A stretch of DNA of 64,000 nucleotides from Firmicutes bacterium CAG:882. GTDB taxonomy: Bacteria > Bacillota > Clostridia > Lachnospirales > Lachnospiraceae. Of this stretch, positions 49,900-60,190 are shown piece after piece. The stretch lies in contig FR895425.1 of assembly GCA_000435595.1 (NCBI GenBank), forward strand, positions 14,273 through 78,272. The letters run 5' to 3'. Within the stretch, counting starts at the first letter, position 1. The number at the start of each line of letters is the position of its first letter. The position numbers and the translations under genes are program-made. The notes below the pieces were generated by a model. The model saw only the letters and a program-made list of their open reading frames with translations. It did no database searches and had not been told where the DNA came from.

Positions 49900-51903
49900 A
49901 TGGCAAATACACATGGAAGCTTATCAATTAACAGTGACAATATTTTCCCTATAATTAAGAAGTGGTTATATTCGGATCACGACATTTTCTACAGAGAGCT
50001 TATATCTAACGGCTGTGATGCGATAACGAAGCTTAAGAAGCTTGAACTTATGGGAGAGTATACCGCACCTGAGGATAACAAGTATCAGGTTAAGGTTATC
50101 GTAAGCGCGAAGGATAAGACAATCAGGTTCATTGATAATGGTCTTGGTATGACAGCTGATGAGGTTAATGAGTACATCTGTCAGATAGCATTTTCAGGGG
50201 CTGAGGCATTCCTTGAGAAGTACAAGGACAAGGCTAATGAGGATCAGATTATCGGACATTTCGGACTTGGTTTTTATTCGGCATTTATGGTCGCTGACAG
50301 AGTTACAATAGATACACTCTCATATCAGGAGGGTGCTAAGCCGGTTCACTGGGAGTGCGACGGCGGCACTGAGTACGATATGGAGGAGGGAGATAAGACT
50401 ACAAGAGGTACTGAGATTACTCTTTATCTCTCGGAGGAGTGCAATGAATTCGCCAACGAGTACCGTGCAAAGGAAGTAATCGAGAAGTATTGTTCTTTCA
50501 TGCCTGTTGAGATATATGTTGAGAATGCGGATGCAGGCGAACAGTATCAGACAATTAACGAGGACGAGCTTCTTGATACCGATAAGGTGATTGAGACAAT
50601 AGTTGAGGAAGCTAAGACAGAGGAGATTGAGAAGGAGGACGGAAATAAGGAGACGGTTGAGACGGTTCCTGCTTCTAAGAAGCTTAAGATTGTAAAGAGA
50701 CCTGTTCCGATTAACGATACAACACCACTCTGGACGAAGCATCCTAATGAATGTACTGAGGAGCAGTACAAGGAGTTCTACCGCAAGGTGTTTAAGGACT
50801 ATAAGGAGCCTCTTTTCTGGATTCATCTCAACATGGATTATCCGTTTAACTTAAAGGGTATTTTATATTTCCCTAAGTTAAACACGGAGTACGATACAAT
50901 AGAGGGAACAATCAAGCTATACAATAATCAGGTATTTATTGCAGATAACATCAAGGAAGTTATTCCTGAGTTCCTTATGCTTTTAAAGGGTGTAATCGAT
51001 TGCCCTGACCTTCCTCTTAATGTATCGAGAAGTGCACTTCAGAACGATGGCTTTGTAAAGAAGATTTCTGATTACATCACAAAGAAGGTTGCCGATAAGT
51101 TAAGCGGAATGTGTAAGACCGAGAAAGAGAGCTACGAGAAGTATTGGGATGACATAAATCCGTTCATCAAGTACGGCTGCATAAAGGATGACAAGTTCTT
51201 CGAGAAGATGAAAGATTATATTCTCTTTAAGAATCTTGACGGTAAGTATCTTACTCTTCCGGAGTGTCTTGAGGAGAACAAGGAGAAGCATGAGAATACG
51301 GTATTCTATGTAAAGAACGAGACAGAGCAGGGTCAGTATATCAAGATGTTCAAGGAGGCAGGCTTAGATGCCGTAATTCTTACGCACAATATTGACTCAG
51401 CGTTCATTAATCACCTTGAGCAGAAGAATGAGGGCGTTAAGTTCCTGAGCATTGATTCAGATCTCACAGAGACTTTCAAGGAAGAACAGACAGAGGATGA
51501 GGTAAAGGAGCTTAAGGAGAAGGAGGAGAAGCTTTCGGAGGTATTTAAGAAGGCTCTCGGCAATGACAAGCTTGCAGTTAAGCTTGAAAAACTTAAGAAT
51601 GAATCGATTGCGTCCATGATTACCGTATCTGAGGATTCTAAGCGTATGCAGGAAATGATGAAAATGTATGGTATGTACGGTATGGATCCTTCGATGTTCG
51701 GTCAGGAGGGACAGACACTCGTTCTTAATGCCAAGCATCCGCTTGTTCAGTATGTTGAGGCTAACCCGGATGGTGAGAATACAGCACTCTTCTGTGAACA
51801 GTTGTATGATCTTGCCGAGCTTGCACATGCACCTCTTAAGCCTGAGAGAATGAGTGCGTTTATTGAGAGAAGCAACAAGCTCATGGAGATTATTGCAAAG
51901 TAA
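49900..51903 (+). CDS. htpG: molecular chaperone HtpG (Hsp90)
   Basis: HATPase_c motifs ELISNGCDAITK and IGHFGLGFYSAFMVAD. 667 aa. Confidence 0.93.
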   Translation: MANTHGSLSINSDNIFPIIKKWLYSDHDIFYRELISNGCDAITKLKKLELMGEYTAPEDNKYQVKVIVSAKDKTIRFIDNGLGMTADEVNEYICQIAFSGAEAFLEKYKDKANEDQIIGHFGLGFYSAFMVADRVTIDTLSYQEGAKPVHWECDGGTEYDMEEGDKTTRGTEITLYLSEECNEFANEYRAKEVIEKYCSFMPVEIYVENADAGEQYQTINEDELLDTDKVIETIVEEAKTEEIEKEDGNKETVETVPASKKLKIVKRPVPINDTTPLWTKHPNECTEEQYKEFYRKVFKDYKEPLFWIHLNMDYPFNLKGILYFPKLNTEYDTIEGTIKLYNNQVFIADNIKEVIPEFLMLLKGVIDCPDLPLNVSRSALQNDGFVKKISDYITKKVADKLSGMCKTEKESYEKYWDDINPFIKYGCIKDDKFFEKMKDYILFKNLDGKYLTLPECLEENKEKHENTVFYVKNETEQGQYIKMFKEAGLDAVILTHNIDSAFINHLEQKNEGVKFLSIDSDLTETFKEEQTEDEVKELKEKEEKLSEVFKKALGNDKLAVKLEKLKNESIASMITVSEDSKRMQEMMKMYGMYGMDPSMFGQEGQTLVLNAKHPLVQYVEANPDGENTALFCEQLYDLAELAHAPLKPERMSAFIERSNKLMEIIAK

Positions 51904-51984
51904 TAACAGCAATAATAAGGCTGTGATTTTGAACGTAGTCGCTTTACTTACAAATATTTGGTCACTGTATTGACACAATAAAAA

Positions 51985-52026
51985 AGATGTACTATCATCT
52001 AATTGGTTGATGGTACATCTTTTTTG
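51985..52026 (+). terminator. rho-independent terminator
   Basis: aaaagatgtactatcatc..gatggtacatctttttt. Confidence 0.5.
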
Positions 52027-52046
52027 TGTGAAGGACATGATAGATT

Positions 52047-53810
52047 ATGAAAAAACAAAATTTCCGAGAGAACGGTTTTGAGGCTGACAGAATTGTCTCA
52101 TATTTTAAGGCTGAGTGGAAGGTGCTTGCGGCGGTAACGGTGTCGGGACTTATCTATAACCTCGGACTATTGGCGGGACCGTGGTTTGAGGGAAGGATGA
52201 CTGGGTGTCTTGTCGACATACTCGGCGGCAGGAGCGGTTTTTACGATATGCTTGTGCTTGTCATTGCCTATGTCTTAGCGATAGGAGTCGTGCAGGTGTC
52301 AAGATACATAAAGCGTTTCTATGTGAGACGTTTTGCCAACAATGTGAACAGAAGAATGAAGCATGTGCTCTATGGAAGCCTGGTCAGAAAGAGCAGGCTT
52401 GAAATTAATGAGGACGGTGTCGGCAATGTCATGACAAAGGCAATTCTCGATGTTGATGACTGTGCCGAAGGAATGAGAAAGTTCACAACAGAGGTCTTTG
52501 ATACAGGAGTGGCACTCTTGGCCTATATGGGAATGCTTTTGTGGTATGACTGGAGACTTGGAATCATAAGCCTTATATTTCCTCCGGTATCATATGTGGC
52601 GGCTGAAAAGTTAAAGTCGGTGGTTCAGCGCACCGGAGCGGCATATAAGGAGCAGTCAGGGGCACTGAGCACCGCAACACTTGACAGGGCGTCGAATGCG
52701 ATAACCTACAGAGTGTTCGGCTGCGAGGAGGAGAGAAAGGCAGACTATGAGGGGAAGCTCACGGCTTATGAGAAAGCTGCAGTGAAGGCGAATATATGGA
52801 ACACGATGATGACACCGCTGTACCGCGTTGTATCGATGACGGGAGTTATATTCATTCTGTATTTCGGAGGGAAGAATGTGCTTGGAAACGGCTGGAGAGC
52901 ATGGGACATTGCGGCGTTTACGACATTTCTGTCATGCTTTACCAAGCTGTCCGTAAAGTCGTCGAAGGCTGCCAGGCTTTTTAACTCCGTGCACAAGGCA
53001 CAGGTATCCTGGAAGAGAATCAAGCCTCTCATGAAGTGCAGGGAGAATGAAGTCTTGATTGCAGACGGTGCAAGGACTCATGAAGGACACGCCGGAAGTC
53101 TCTCGGTAAAAGAGTTAGGCTTTGGATACCCTTCAGCACCGAACGGCGAGAGAATATTTGACGGGCTTTCATTTGATGCGGAGCCGGGACAGATAATAGG
53201 TGTAACGGGAGCGGTAGCCAGCGGAAAATCGACATTGGGTAAGATTTTTTTGTGCGAGTATCCTTATGATGGGAGCATAATCTACGACGGAGAAGAGCTC
53301 AGTGCCATGAGCGACGCAGAGCGTGCATGCGTGGTCGGGTATCTCGGACACGACACGGAGCTTTTTGCGGACAGTATAAGAAACAATATTCTTCTCGGGG
53401 ACGAGGAGGATGTCGACAGGCTTTTGAAAGCGGTAAGTTTTAAAGAGGAGGCTGCAGCGATGGAGAACGGTGCCGACACCATGGTCGGCACGGGAGGCGT
53501 GCGTCTCTCAGGCGGTCAGGCACAGAGAATTGCACTTGCAAGAACACTCTGCCACAAGAGACCTCTTATGATTCTTGATGATCCGTTCTCGGCACTTGAT
53601 AAAAATACGGAGGAGGAAGTGTTTGACAATCTTAAAAGTATTGCGTCGGACGATATTGTACTATTAATATCGCACAGGCTGTATATGTTTCCACGCATGG
53701 ATAAGATTATATGGCTTGAAAACGGCAGAGCTGTGGTCGGAACCCATGATGAGCTCATGAAGAAAGTTCCCGAGTATGCGAAGCTTTACAATGACCAGAA
53801 AGGAGGATGA
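52047..53810 (+). CDS. ABC transporter ATP-binding/permease (exporter half-transporter)
   Basis: TMD followed by an NBD with GAVASGKST Walker A and LSGGQAQRIALAR signature. Confidence 0.85.
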   Translation: MKKQNFRENGFEADRIVSYFKAEWKVLAAVTVSGLIYNLGLLAGPWFEGRMTGCLVDILGGRSGFYDMLVLVIAYVLAIGVVQVSRYIKRFYVRRFANNVNRRMKHVLYGSLVRKSRLEINEDGVGNVMTKAILDVDDCAEGMRKFTTEVFDTGVALLAYMGMLLWYDWRLGIISLIFPPVSYVAAEKLKSVVQRTGAAYKEQSGALSTATLDRASNAITYRVFGCEEERKADYEGKLTAYEKAAVKANIWNTMMTPLYRVVSMTGVIFILYFGGKNVLGNGWRAWDIAAFTTFLSCFTKLSVKSSKAARLFNSVHKAQVSWKRIKPLMKCRENEVLIADGARTHEGHAGSLSVKELGFGYPSAPNGERIFDGLSFDAEPGQIIGVTGAVASGKSTLGKIFLCEYPYDGSIIYDGEELSAMSDAERACVVGYLGHDTELFADSIRNNILLGDEEDVDRLLKAVSFKEEAAAMENGADTMVGTGGVRLSGGQAQRIALARTLCHKRPLMILDDPFSALDKNTEEEVFDNLKSIASDDIVLLISHRLYMFPRMDKIIWLENGRAVVGTHDELMKKVPEYAKLYNDQKGG

Positions 53811-53811
53811 C

Positions 53812-55500
53812 ATGACGGAAAACAGCAAAGTTAAGAAAAATAACGCCGGAAATGTCGGAAAGATTATTTTTCGTACCATGGCAGAATATGGTTTTCTGTC
53901 GGCGGGCATTATAGCCGCAGTTATCGGAGCGGTTGCAGCGGCACTTATTCCACCACTTGTTTTGGGAAATATTGTGGATATACTCGCCATGGGAGAGCTG
54001 CCCCCGGTGGGAATGGCATTTCTGTATTTTGGGATGCTTGCGTTGACGGGCTTTTTAGAGTCTGCAAGAGAAGGGCTTCTCACCGTGTTAGGACAGAAGA
54101 TAACCCACGGATTGAGAAGCAGCCTTATGGGAAAGCTTGTCAGGCTGTCAGCCGATGAGCTTAACAGGCAGGAGCCGGGAAATCTCGTCTCGAGATTTGT
54201 AGGTGACGTTGACATGGTGGAGAATCTGTTCACCTCGGGCATTATAAGCATGTTTGCCGATGCATGCAAAATTGTGAGCATTCTCGCCGTTATATGGGTT
54301 AAGAATATGGGACTTGCCATTGTCCTTCTGCTTTTGCTCCCTGTGTTGTTCGTATTCACAAGGTATGTGCAGAAAAATATGCTCACGGCACAGCTTGAGA
54401 ACAGAAGAGCGGTCGGAAGGGCATCGGGACATGTGCCTGAAACTTTGAAAAATATAAGAACCATACACTGTCTTTTAAAAGAGAAGTACATGGAGAAAAA
54501 GTACGATGAGTATATAGGGCAGAGCTACATGGCGATGGAAAAGACTAATTTTTACGATGCCATATACTCACCGGTGATACTCATTTTGAATGCGGTTGTA
54601 GTTGCTGTCGTGATGCTTCTCTCGGCATCGGGAAACAGCAGCGTGCTGACATTTTTCGGAATGTCAGCCGGTACAGCGGTTGCGTTAATCAACTACATTT
54701 CAGAGATATTTTCGCCTGTTGAGAGTCTCGGAATGGAGATTCAGACCATACAGTCGGCATTTGCGGGAATCAAAAGAATCAATGAATTTCTCACTCTTTC
54801 GGAGAGGAAGGTACATTACGGTGAGGTACAGAGCAGTTCAAACAGCGCAGGTGACGACGGTGCGGACAAGCCGTATGTAGAGTTTAAAAACGTCACCTTC
54901 GGATACGATGAGCATGTCATTCTTGACGATGTGAGCTTTGAGGTAAAAAGAGGCGGGCAGGCGACTTTGTCAGGAAGAACCGGAGCAGGAAAGAGTACGA
55001 TATTCAAGCTTCTGCTCGGGCTGTATGAGCCGCAGAAGGGAAGCGTGCTGATTGACGGAACACCTGCGGCGGCACTCAGGGATGAGGAGCGCAGAAATAT
55101 ATTCGGATATGTCGAGCAGTCGTTTCACATGGTTCCGGGTACGGTAAAGGAACAGATTACACTGTTTGACGATTCGATATCGGAGGAGGATGTGCGTGAT
55201 GCGGCAGTTCTTGCCGGGCTTCATGACACAATCATGAAGCTGGAGAAGGGGTATGACACGATATGTACGCCTGAGCTGTTCTCACAGGGACAGTGGCAGT
55301 TATTATCAATAGCGAGAGCAGCAGCTGCAAAGCCTGAGCTTCTTCTGCTTGATGAGATTACGGCAAACCTTGATGCCGAGACGGAGAAAACGGTTCTTCA
55401 GGCGTTAAAGAGGGTATCAAAGGACAGAACTGTGCTCTCAATTTCACATAGGACGATGGCAGAAACGGGACGTATTATACCGATACATTCGAATAAATAA
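53812..55500 (+). CDS. ABC transporter ATP-binding/permease (partner half-transporter)
   Basis: GRTGAGKST Walker A, degenerate signature LSQGQWQLLSIAR. This suggests a heterodimeric exporter. Confidence 0.85.
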   Translation: MTENSKVKKNNAGNVGKIIFRTMAEYGFLSAGIIAAVIGAVAAALIPPLVLGNIVDILAMGELPPVGMAFLYFGMLALTGFLESAREGLLTVLGQKITHGLRSSLMGKLVRLSADELNRQEPGNLVSRFVGDVDMVENLFTSGIISMFADACKIVSILAVIWVKNMGLAIVLLLLLPVLFVFTRYVQKNMLTAQLENRRAVGRASGHVPETLKNIRTIHCLLKEKYMEKKYDEYIGQSYMAMEKTNFYDAIYSPVILILNAVVVAVVMLLSASGNSSVLTFFGMSAGTAVALINYISEIFSPVESLGMEIQTIQSAFAGIKRINEFLTLSERKVHYGEVQSSSNSAGDDGADKPYVEFKNVTFGYDEHVILDDVSFEVKRGGQATLSGRTGAGKSTIFKLLLGLYEPQKGSVLIDGTPAAALRDEERRNIFGYVEQSFHMVPGTVKEQITLFDDSISEEDVRDAAVLAGLHDTIMKLEKGYDTICTPELFSQGQWQLLSIARAAAAKPELLLLDEITANLDAETEKTVLQALKRVSKDRTVLSISHRTMAETGRIIPIHSNK

Positions 55501-55590
55501 ATATAGCAGATATCTGTTGACAGATTATTTCTCACAGGAGTAAAATTGTACATACAATAACATGATGATAACTGAACACGGAGGCATGCT

Positions 55591-57681
55591 ATGAAAACAA
55601 TACGGACAAAGATTATTATGGGTATTTTACTGTGTTCTCTTTTGACTGCGGCTGTCATAGGAACACTGGCGATGGTCAATTCATCGCAGATGGCATCGAG
55701 AGATTCTAAGGAACGTGCAAGGACGGAAGGAGAACTGTATGCTGAGAGAATCAACGGTGTTATTTCACAGATTGAACAGTCTGTTAACACATTAAGTGAC
55801 GCAGTAATTAATAATTTTGATTATGATGCGTTTGTCAAGAGCAAAGCGTATGCTGATGAGTACACCGAGAAGATTAAGGATGAGGCAGTGAACTTTGCAT
55901 CGCATACGGATGGAGCAGTGACTGCATATGTCAGGTATAATCCGCAGTATTCCAATCCGACGTCAGGTGTATTCATGTCAAGGAATTCGACGGACGATGA
56001 ATTCACATTGCTGACACCTACGGATTTTTCAATGTATTCGGAGGATGATGTTGCTCATGTAGGCTGGTATTACAATCCTGTCAAAGCAGGGCAGCCTCTG
56101 TGGATGGAGCCGTATCTCAACGAAAATATCAATGTATATATGATTTCGTATGTTGTGCCGTTGTATGCATCTGACGGAACTTCTATAGGCATTGTTGGAA
56201 TGGATATTGATTTTTCGACTTTAACGGATAATGTTGATGAAATTTCGATTTATGAGACGGGCTATGCGTTTCTTTTAAACGGCGGCGGACAGATAATGCA
56301 TCATAAGGAGCTGGCACAGGGACAGAACATTTCAGAGCTTGATGCTTCGCTTTCGGGGATAACAGGTGTTCTCGGTGATGATACACGGCAGGGAACAGGT
56401 TATCTGTATACATATAATGGTGTGCGTAAGCAGATGTTTTATTTTAATCTCGATAACGGAATGAAGCTTGTGCTTGCAGCACCGAACGGAGAGATTTTTG
56501 CCGATGCCAACAGACTTATATCGCTTATAGTCGGTGCACTGGTGCTTGCACTTATTGTATCGGCAGTAATCGGTATTATAATAGGTAATAGGATTTCAAA
56601 ACCTATAAGATATGTGACTGACATCATAGAACAGACGTCGAGACTTGATTTCAGACCTACAGAGATGGGAAGCAGACTCAGAAAACAAAAGGATGAAATC
56701 GGAGTGATGGCGACATCGGTTCATGAGATGAGGAAAGTCCTGCGTGACATTATGGGGAGACTCGACAAGTCTAACGCAACCATAGTAGAGAGTGTTGCAA
56801 AGCTTGACGACATCATGAAGGTAAACAGTGACCATGCAATGGACAACTCTGCTGCTACACAGGAGCTTGCAGCCGGAATGCAGGAGACTTCCGATAATAC
56901 GGAGAACATCTCAAAAAGTATTGATGAAGTGAAGAAAAATTCAAGTACAATATATAAGCTTGCTGTTGATGGAGAAGAAAATTCCAGACTTGTTCAAGAG
57001 CGTGCCGTGGCAATGGAGGAGACAAGTGCCGCGTCGAGCCGGAAGGTTGATGAGGTTTATGCAAGAATTAAGGATAAGACGGATGAGGCGATAGAGCAGT
57101 CTAAGGCAGTACAGAGAATCAATGAATTGACTAATGATATTAAGGATATTTCGTCACAGACCAATCTTCTTGCATTAAATGCAAGTATTGAGGCAGCAAG
57201 AGCAGGGGATGCAGGAAGAGGATTTGCTGTTGTTGCTTCTGAGATAGGAGCGCTTGCGTCACAGACACTTCACAGCGTGGACAACATCAATGAAATTGTC
57301 GGTGAAGTTAACCTCGCTGTAAACAATCTTACCGAATGCATAACAACCATTATGGACTTTATGGAGAACACGGTTGTAGGTGACTATGAGAACTTCAAGA
57401 AGGCAGGAGCTGAGTACAGGCAGGATGCAGGAGAATTCAAGACTGTGATGGAGCAGACAAAGGAGGCTATGCAGGAGCTTGAGTCACTCATTGGGAGGAT
57501 TTCAGAAGCTGCATCGGGAATTAACAATATGGTAGCCCAGTCAGCAGCAGGAATCAATGATATAGCTGAAAAGTCAGGAAAGACACAGTCAAGTACCGCC
57601 GAGGGATATGAAAAATTAAAAGAATGCAGAGAATCTATAGAAGAATTAAAGGGTATTGTTGAACAGTTCCATCTTGGGTGA
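55591..57681 (+). CDS. methyl-accepting chemotaxis protein with Cache-type sensor and HAMP
   Basis: Signal/TM, extracytoplasmic sensor, second TM, HAMP, MCP signalling domain [28 protein letters not shown]. Confidence 0.85.
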   Translation: MKTIRTKIIMGILLCSLLTAAVIGTLAMVNSSQMASRDSKERARTEGELYAERINGVISQIEQSVNTLSDAVINNFDYDAFVKSKAYADEYTEKIKDEAVNFASHTDGAVTAYVRYNPQYSNPTSGVFMSRNSTDDEFTLLTPTDFSMYSEDDVAHVGWYYNPVKAGQPLWMEPYLNENINVYMISYVVPLYASDGTSIGIVGMDIDFSTLTDNVDEISIYETGYAFLLNGGGQIMHHKELAQGQNISELDASLSGITGVLGDDTRQGTGYLYTYNGVRKQMFYFNLDNGMKLVLAAPNGEIFADANRLISLIVGALVLALIVSAVIGIIIGNRISKPIRYVTDIIEQTSRLDFRPTEMGSRLRKQKDEIGVMATSVHEMRKVLRDIMGRLDKSNATIVESVAKLDDIMKVNSDHAMDNSAATQELAAGMQETSDNTENISKSIDEVKKNSSTIYKLAVDGEENSRLVQERAVAMEETSAASSRKVDEVYARIKDKTDEAIEQSKAVQRINELTNDIKDISSQTNLLALNASIEAARAGDAGRGFAVVASEIGALASQTLHSVDNINEIVGEVNLAVNNLTECITTIMDFMENTVVGDYENFKKAGAEYRQDAGEFKTVMEQTKEAMQELESLIGRISEAASGINNMVAQSAAGINDIAEKSGKTQSSTAEGYEKLKECRESIEELKGIVEQFHLG

Positions 57682-57699
57682 TGGGGTTTCTCTTTTGCA

Positions 57700-57723
57700 G
57701 GTACCGGGTTCAAGCCCGGTACC
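57700..57723. terminator. bidirectional terminator between the MCP gene and dut
   Basis: ggtaccgggttcaagcccggtacc, a perfect palindrome. Confidence 0.6.
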
Positions 57724-57730
57724 TAATATA

Positions 57731-58177
57731 TTATTTTACTCCTGTCGAGCCGAAGCCTCCGGCACCTCTTACCGTGTCAGAGAGTTCGTCCGCTTCAGTG
57801 AAGGATGCGGTGAGAAACGGTGTGATTACGAGCTGGACAATTCTCTCACCGGGCTCGACGGATGCAGGCTTTGAGGAGTGGTTGTGCATGGCAACCATGA
57901 ACTCGCCGCGGTAGTCCGGATCGACGACGCCGACTTTATTTGCAGGAGCAAGTCCGCGCTTGGAGGCTATGCCGCTTCTCGGGTAGATAAGTCCCGCATA
58001 CCCTTCAGGAATTTCCATGGCAAGGCCGGTTCCTATCATGACGGTCTCATGAGGTGCTATTATTACGGGAGAGTCGATGCATGCGTATAAATCGGCTCCG
58101 GCAGCATATTCAGTCCCACGGGTCGGCATGATGGCATTGTCCTTTAATTTTTTTACTTTAACTTGAATGTTGTTCAT
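57731..58177 (-). CDS. dut: dUTP diphosphatase
   Basis: AIMPTRGTEYAAGADLYA, GLIYPRSG, VVDPDYRGE, RGAGGFGSTG motifs. Start at MNNIQ with a GGAGAAAC RBS. Confidence 0.85.
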   Translation of the reverse strand: MNNIQVKVKKLKDNAIMPTRGTEYAAGADLYACIDSPVIIAPHETVMIGTGLAMEIPEGYAGLIYPRSGIASKRGLAPANKVGVVDPDYRGEFMVAMHNHSSKPASVEPGERIVQLVITPFLTASFTEADELSDTVRGAGGFGSTGVK

Positions 58178-58334
58178 AGTGTTTCTCCATTTCTGAGTGC
58201 TTGTCACCGGGTTGAGGTGTGATATGTTCATTATAAAATAAAAAAAGTAAAAAAAATAGCTTGCATTTTAAAAAAATATATGGTAGTATCTATTTTGCTG
58301 TCACTGAGAAGAACTGTGGCATGATACATACTGA

Positions 58335-58419
58335 GCAGTCGTGGCGGAATTGGCATACGCGCTAGACTAAGGATCTAGTCCATATTGCTTGGGTGCGGGT
58401 TCAAGTCCCGCCGACTGCA
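58335..58419 (+). tRNA. class II tRNA with long variable arm, tRNA-Leu. The anticodon loop reads cuAAGga.
   Basis: Perfect 7-bp acceptor stem gcagtcg/cgactgc. D-stem gcg/cgc. Anticodon stem ctaga/tctag. T-arm gcggg-ttcaagt-cccgc. 85 nt. No encoded CCA. Confidence 0.75.
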
Positions 58420-58425
58420 TTTTAA

Positions 58426-58460
58426 AAGACCTTGAGGATTTTCTCAAGGTCTTTTTTTTT
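58426..58460 (+). terminator. rho-independent terminator after the tRNA
   Basis: aaaagaccttgag..ctcaaggtcttttttttt. Confidence 0.65.
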
Positions 58461-58590
58461 ATGTAATAGGAAACTTCGTTCCTATTACATAAAAAATGCT
58501 CCGCTTAGGATGCGCACTGCGGCGTATAATGTAGGTGTCGCAAGCGACCGCCGCAGGCGCGAGAATGTGCCAAGGCACATTCTTTATCGG

Positions 58591-59112
58591 TTATTCGCTC
58601 CAGAGAACAATCTCATTGGAGACAAAAGTCTTTTTCATATCTATGATGCGTTGGTTTTCCGAGCCTCTGAATTGAAGATTGAGGTTCTTTTTCTCAAGAA
58701 TAAATGGTCCGTCAACGAGGATATCTATATATGACAGAATTTCTTTTGTGTGGGGAAGGGTGTCGACCATTTTGCCAACAATATCAGTGTCATACAGGTA
58801 GCCTGTATACAGCCATATATCCTTGTCCGGAAAATGCTCCTTGATTTGGCGCATGGTGTTTAATACCTCGCCCTGGTTGGCAGGAGCCATAGGCTCACCG
58901 CCAAGAAAAGTTATTCCTCTTATATAATGAGGCTCTAAAAGAGTGAGAATATAATCTATAGTCTCCTGAGTATAAGGCTTACCATAGGTAAAATCCCAGG
59001 CCATCTCATTGAAGCATCCCTTGCAGTGGTGCGGGCATCCGCTGACAAACAGTGAGATTCTGACTCCGGGACCATTTGCAATATCTACATTTTTAATTTC
59101 GGCATAATTCAT
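58591..59112 (-). CDS. nrdG: anaerobic ribonucleoside-triphosphate reductase activating protein
   Basis: SLFVSGCPHHCKGCFN radical-SAM cluster motif. 173 aa. Confidence 0.85.
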   Translation of the reverse strand: MNYAEIKNVDIANGPGVRISLFVSGCPHHCKGCFNEMAWDFTYGKPYTQETIDYILTLLEPHYIRGITFLGGEPMAPANQGEVLNTMRQIKEHFPDKDIWLYTGYLYDTDIVGKMVDTLPHTKEILSYIDILVDGPFILEKKNLNLQFRGSENQRIIDMKKTFVSNEIVLWSE

Positions 59113-59131
59113 GGCTTATCTCCGTTTAAAA

Positions 59132-60091
59132 TTAAAATCCAAGGACATTCCTGCGGCTGTAGTGGGCAGCCTCCTCGTCAGTAAGCTTGTGTGCCCAAGG
59201 TACACGCTCACCCTTGGCACCTTCTCCGGTGCTGTTGTACTCTGCCCAGTATGCGGTCTCGTGTGTAATTTCTTTATTCCAGTCGTTAAACCCTTCATGT
59301 CTGATATGTGCATCCATCTCACAGTTGAGAAATACTGCCTTTGCATAGTTGCGCCACGGACGTCCGAGATATACTGAATCTGCCGGGCAGTTGCTTGTGA
59401 AGTGGCAGCCCTCAAACACATAGCCGTATTCCTGACCCTCAGGGGTGGAAGGCGCGGTCACATAGCCGTTAATCTCCTTGCCACGGTTGTTCGAGAATAT
59501 CTCGCAGTTCTCAAAGTAAGCCGTGGAACTTCCGAAAATGAAATCAATATCGCCTCTTATGAAGCAGTCCTTGTAGTACTGTCTTCCGTTAATTCGGGGG
59601 GCGAACTGCTTAGGACCGATAAAGCCTCCTGGCTGAAGCTCCTTAGGTGGAAGCGGACCTGTAAAAATTGTGTCCTGGCAGCCTAAAAAGCAGCAGTTGA
59701 TGTATTTTATCATATCGCCTTCTGAGTATATTGCGAGAGCCTGTCCTACTTCACCTCCGTCGCCGGAAGCATTCTCGAAGGTTATATTCTCGGCGGTGAA
59801 ATCGTTCGTGTCTATGAGAACACTGTAGCTCCTGAAGGTTCCGCGCTTGGTTCCGTCAGCCATGAGCATAAATGCGTAGAGACTATGTGTGATGAAGGTT
59901 GTGTCTGCGTTCTCGCCAACTAAAGTTATGTGTGGGCGGAGAATCTCAAGTCTTTCATAGTACTCACCGGGTGCGAGTTCGATTCTTACGGGTATGTTCT
60001 CGTCAAGCTCCTCTATGGAATCGAGAGCATCGTTGATTGTTGTAAAATCGCCTTTTCCGGATTGGTCAACTTTAATTATATGTGTATTCAT
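59132..60091 (-). CDS. pectinesterase (carbohydrate esterase family 8)
   Basis: AIYSEGD, IRGDIDFIFG and YLGRPW motifs of pectin methylesterases. Confidence 0.85.
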   Translation of the reverse strand: MNTHIIKVDQSGKGDFTTINDALDSIEELDENIPVRIELAPGEYYERLEILRPHITLVGENADTTFITHSLYAFMLMADGTKRGTFRSYSVLIDTNDFTAENITFENASGDGGEVGQALAIYSEGDMIKYINCCFLGCQDTIFTGPLPPKELQPGGFIGPKQFAPRINGRQYYKDCFIRGDIDFIFGSSTAYFENCEIFSNNRGKEINGYVTAPSTPEGQEYGYVFEGCHFTSNCPADSVYLGRPWRNYAKAVFLNCEMDAHIRHEGFNDWNKEITHETAYWAEYNSTGEGAKGERVPWAHKLTDEEAAHYSRRNVLGF

Positions 60092-60190
60092 AATGCCTCC
60101 AATTTTTATTATCGTATTGACTAATTGTTTTAATTATATTACATTTATTGTGTATGTTCAAGCGTGAAAGGAAAAGGATTGGGAGGAAAT

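Noticed and set aside
58490-58590. Nested GC-rich inverted repeats (gcgcactgcggcg / cgccgcaggcgc, gagaatgtgcc / ggcacattctc) downstream of nrdG
   Set aside because: Consistent with ordinary terminator and stability hairpins for the minus-strand nrdG transcript. No repeat-unit structure that would suggest a mobile element or sRNA.
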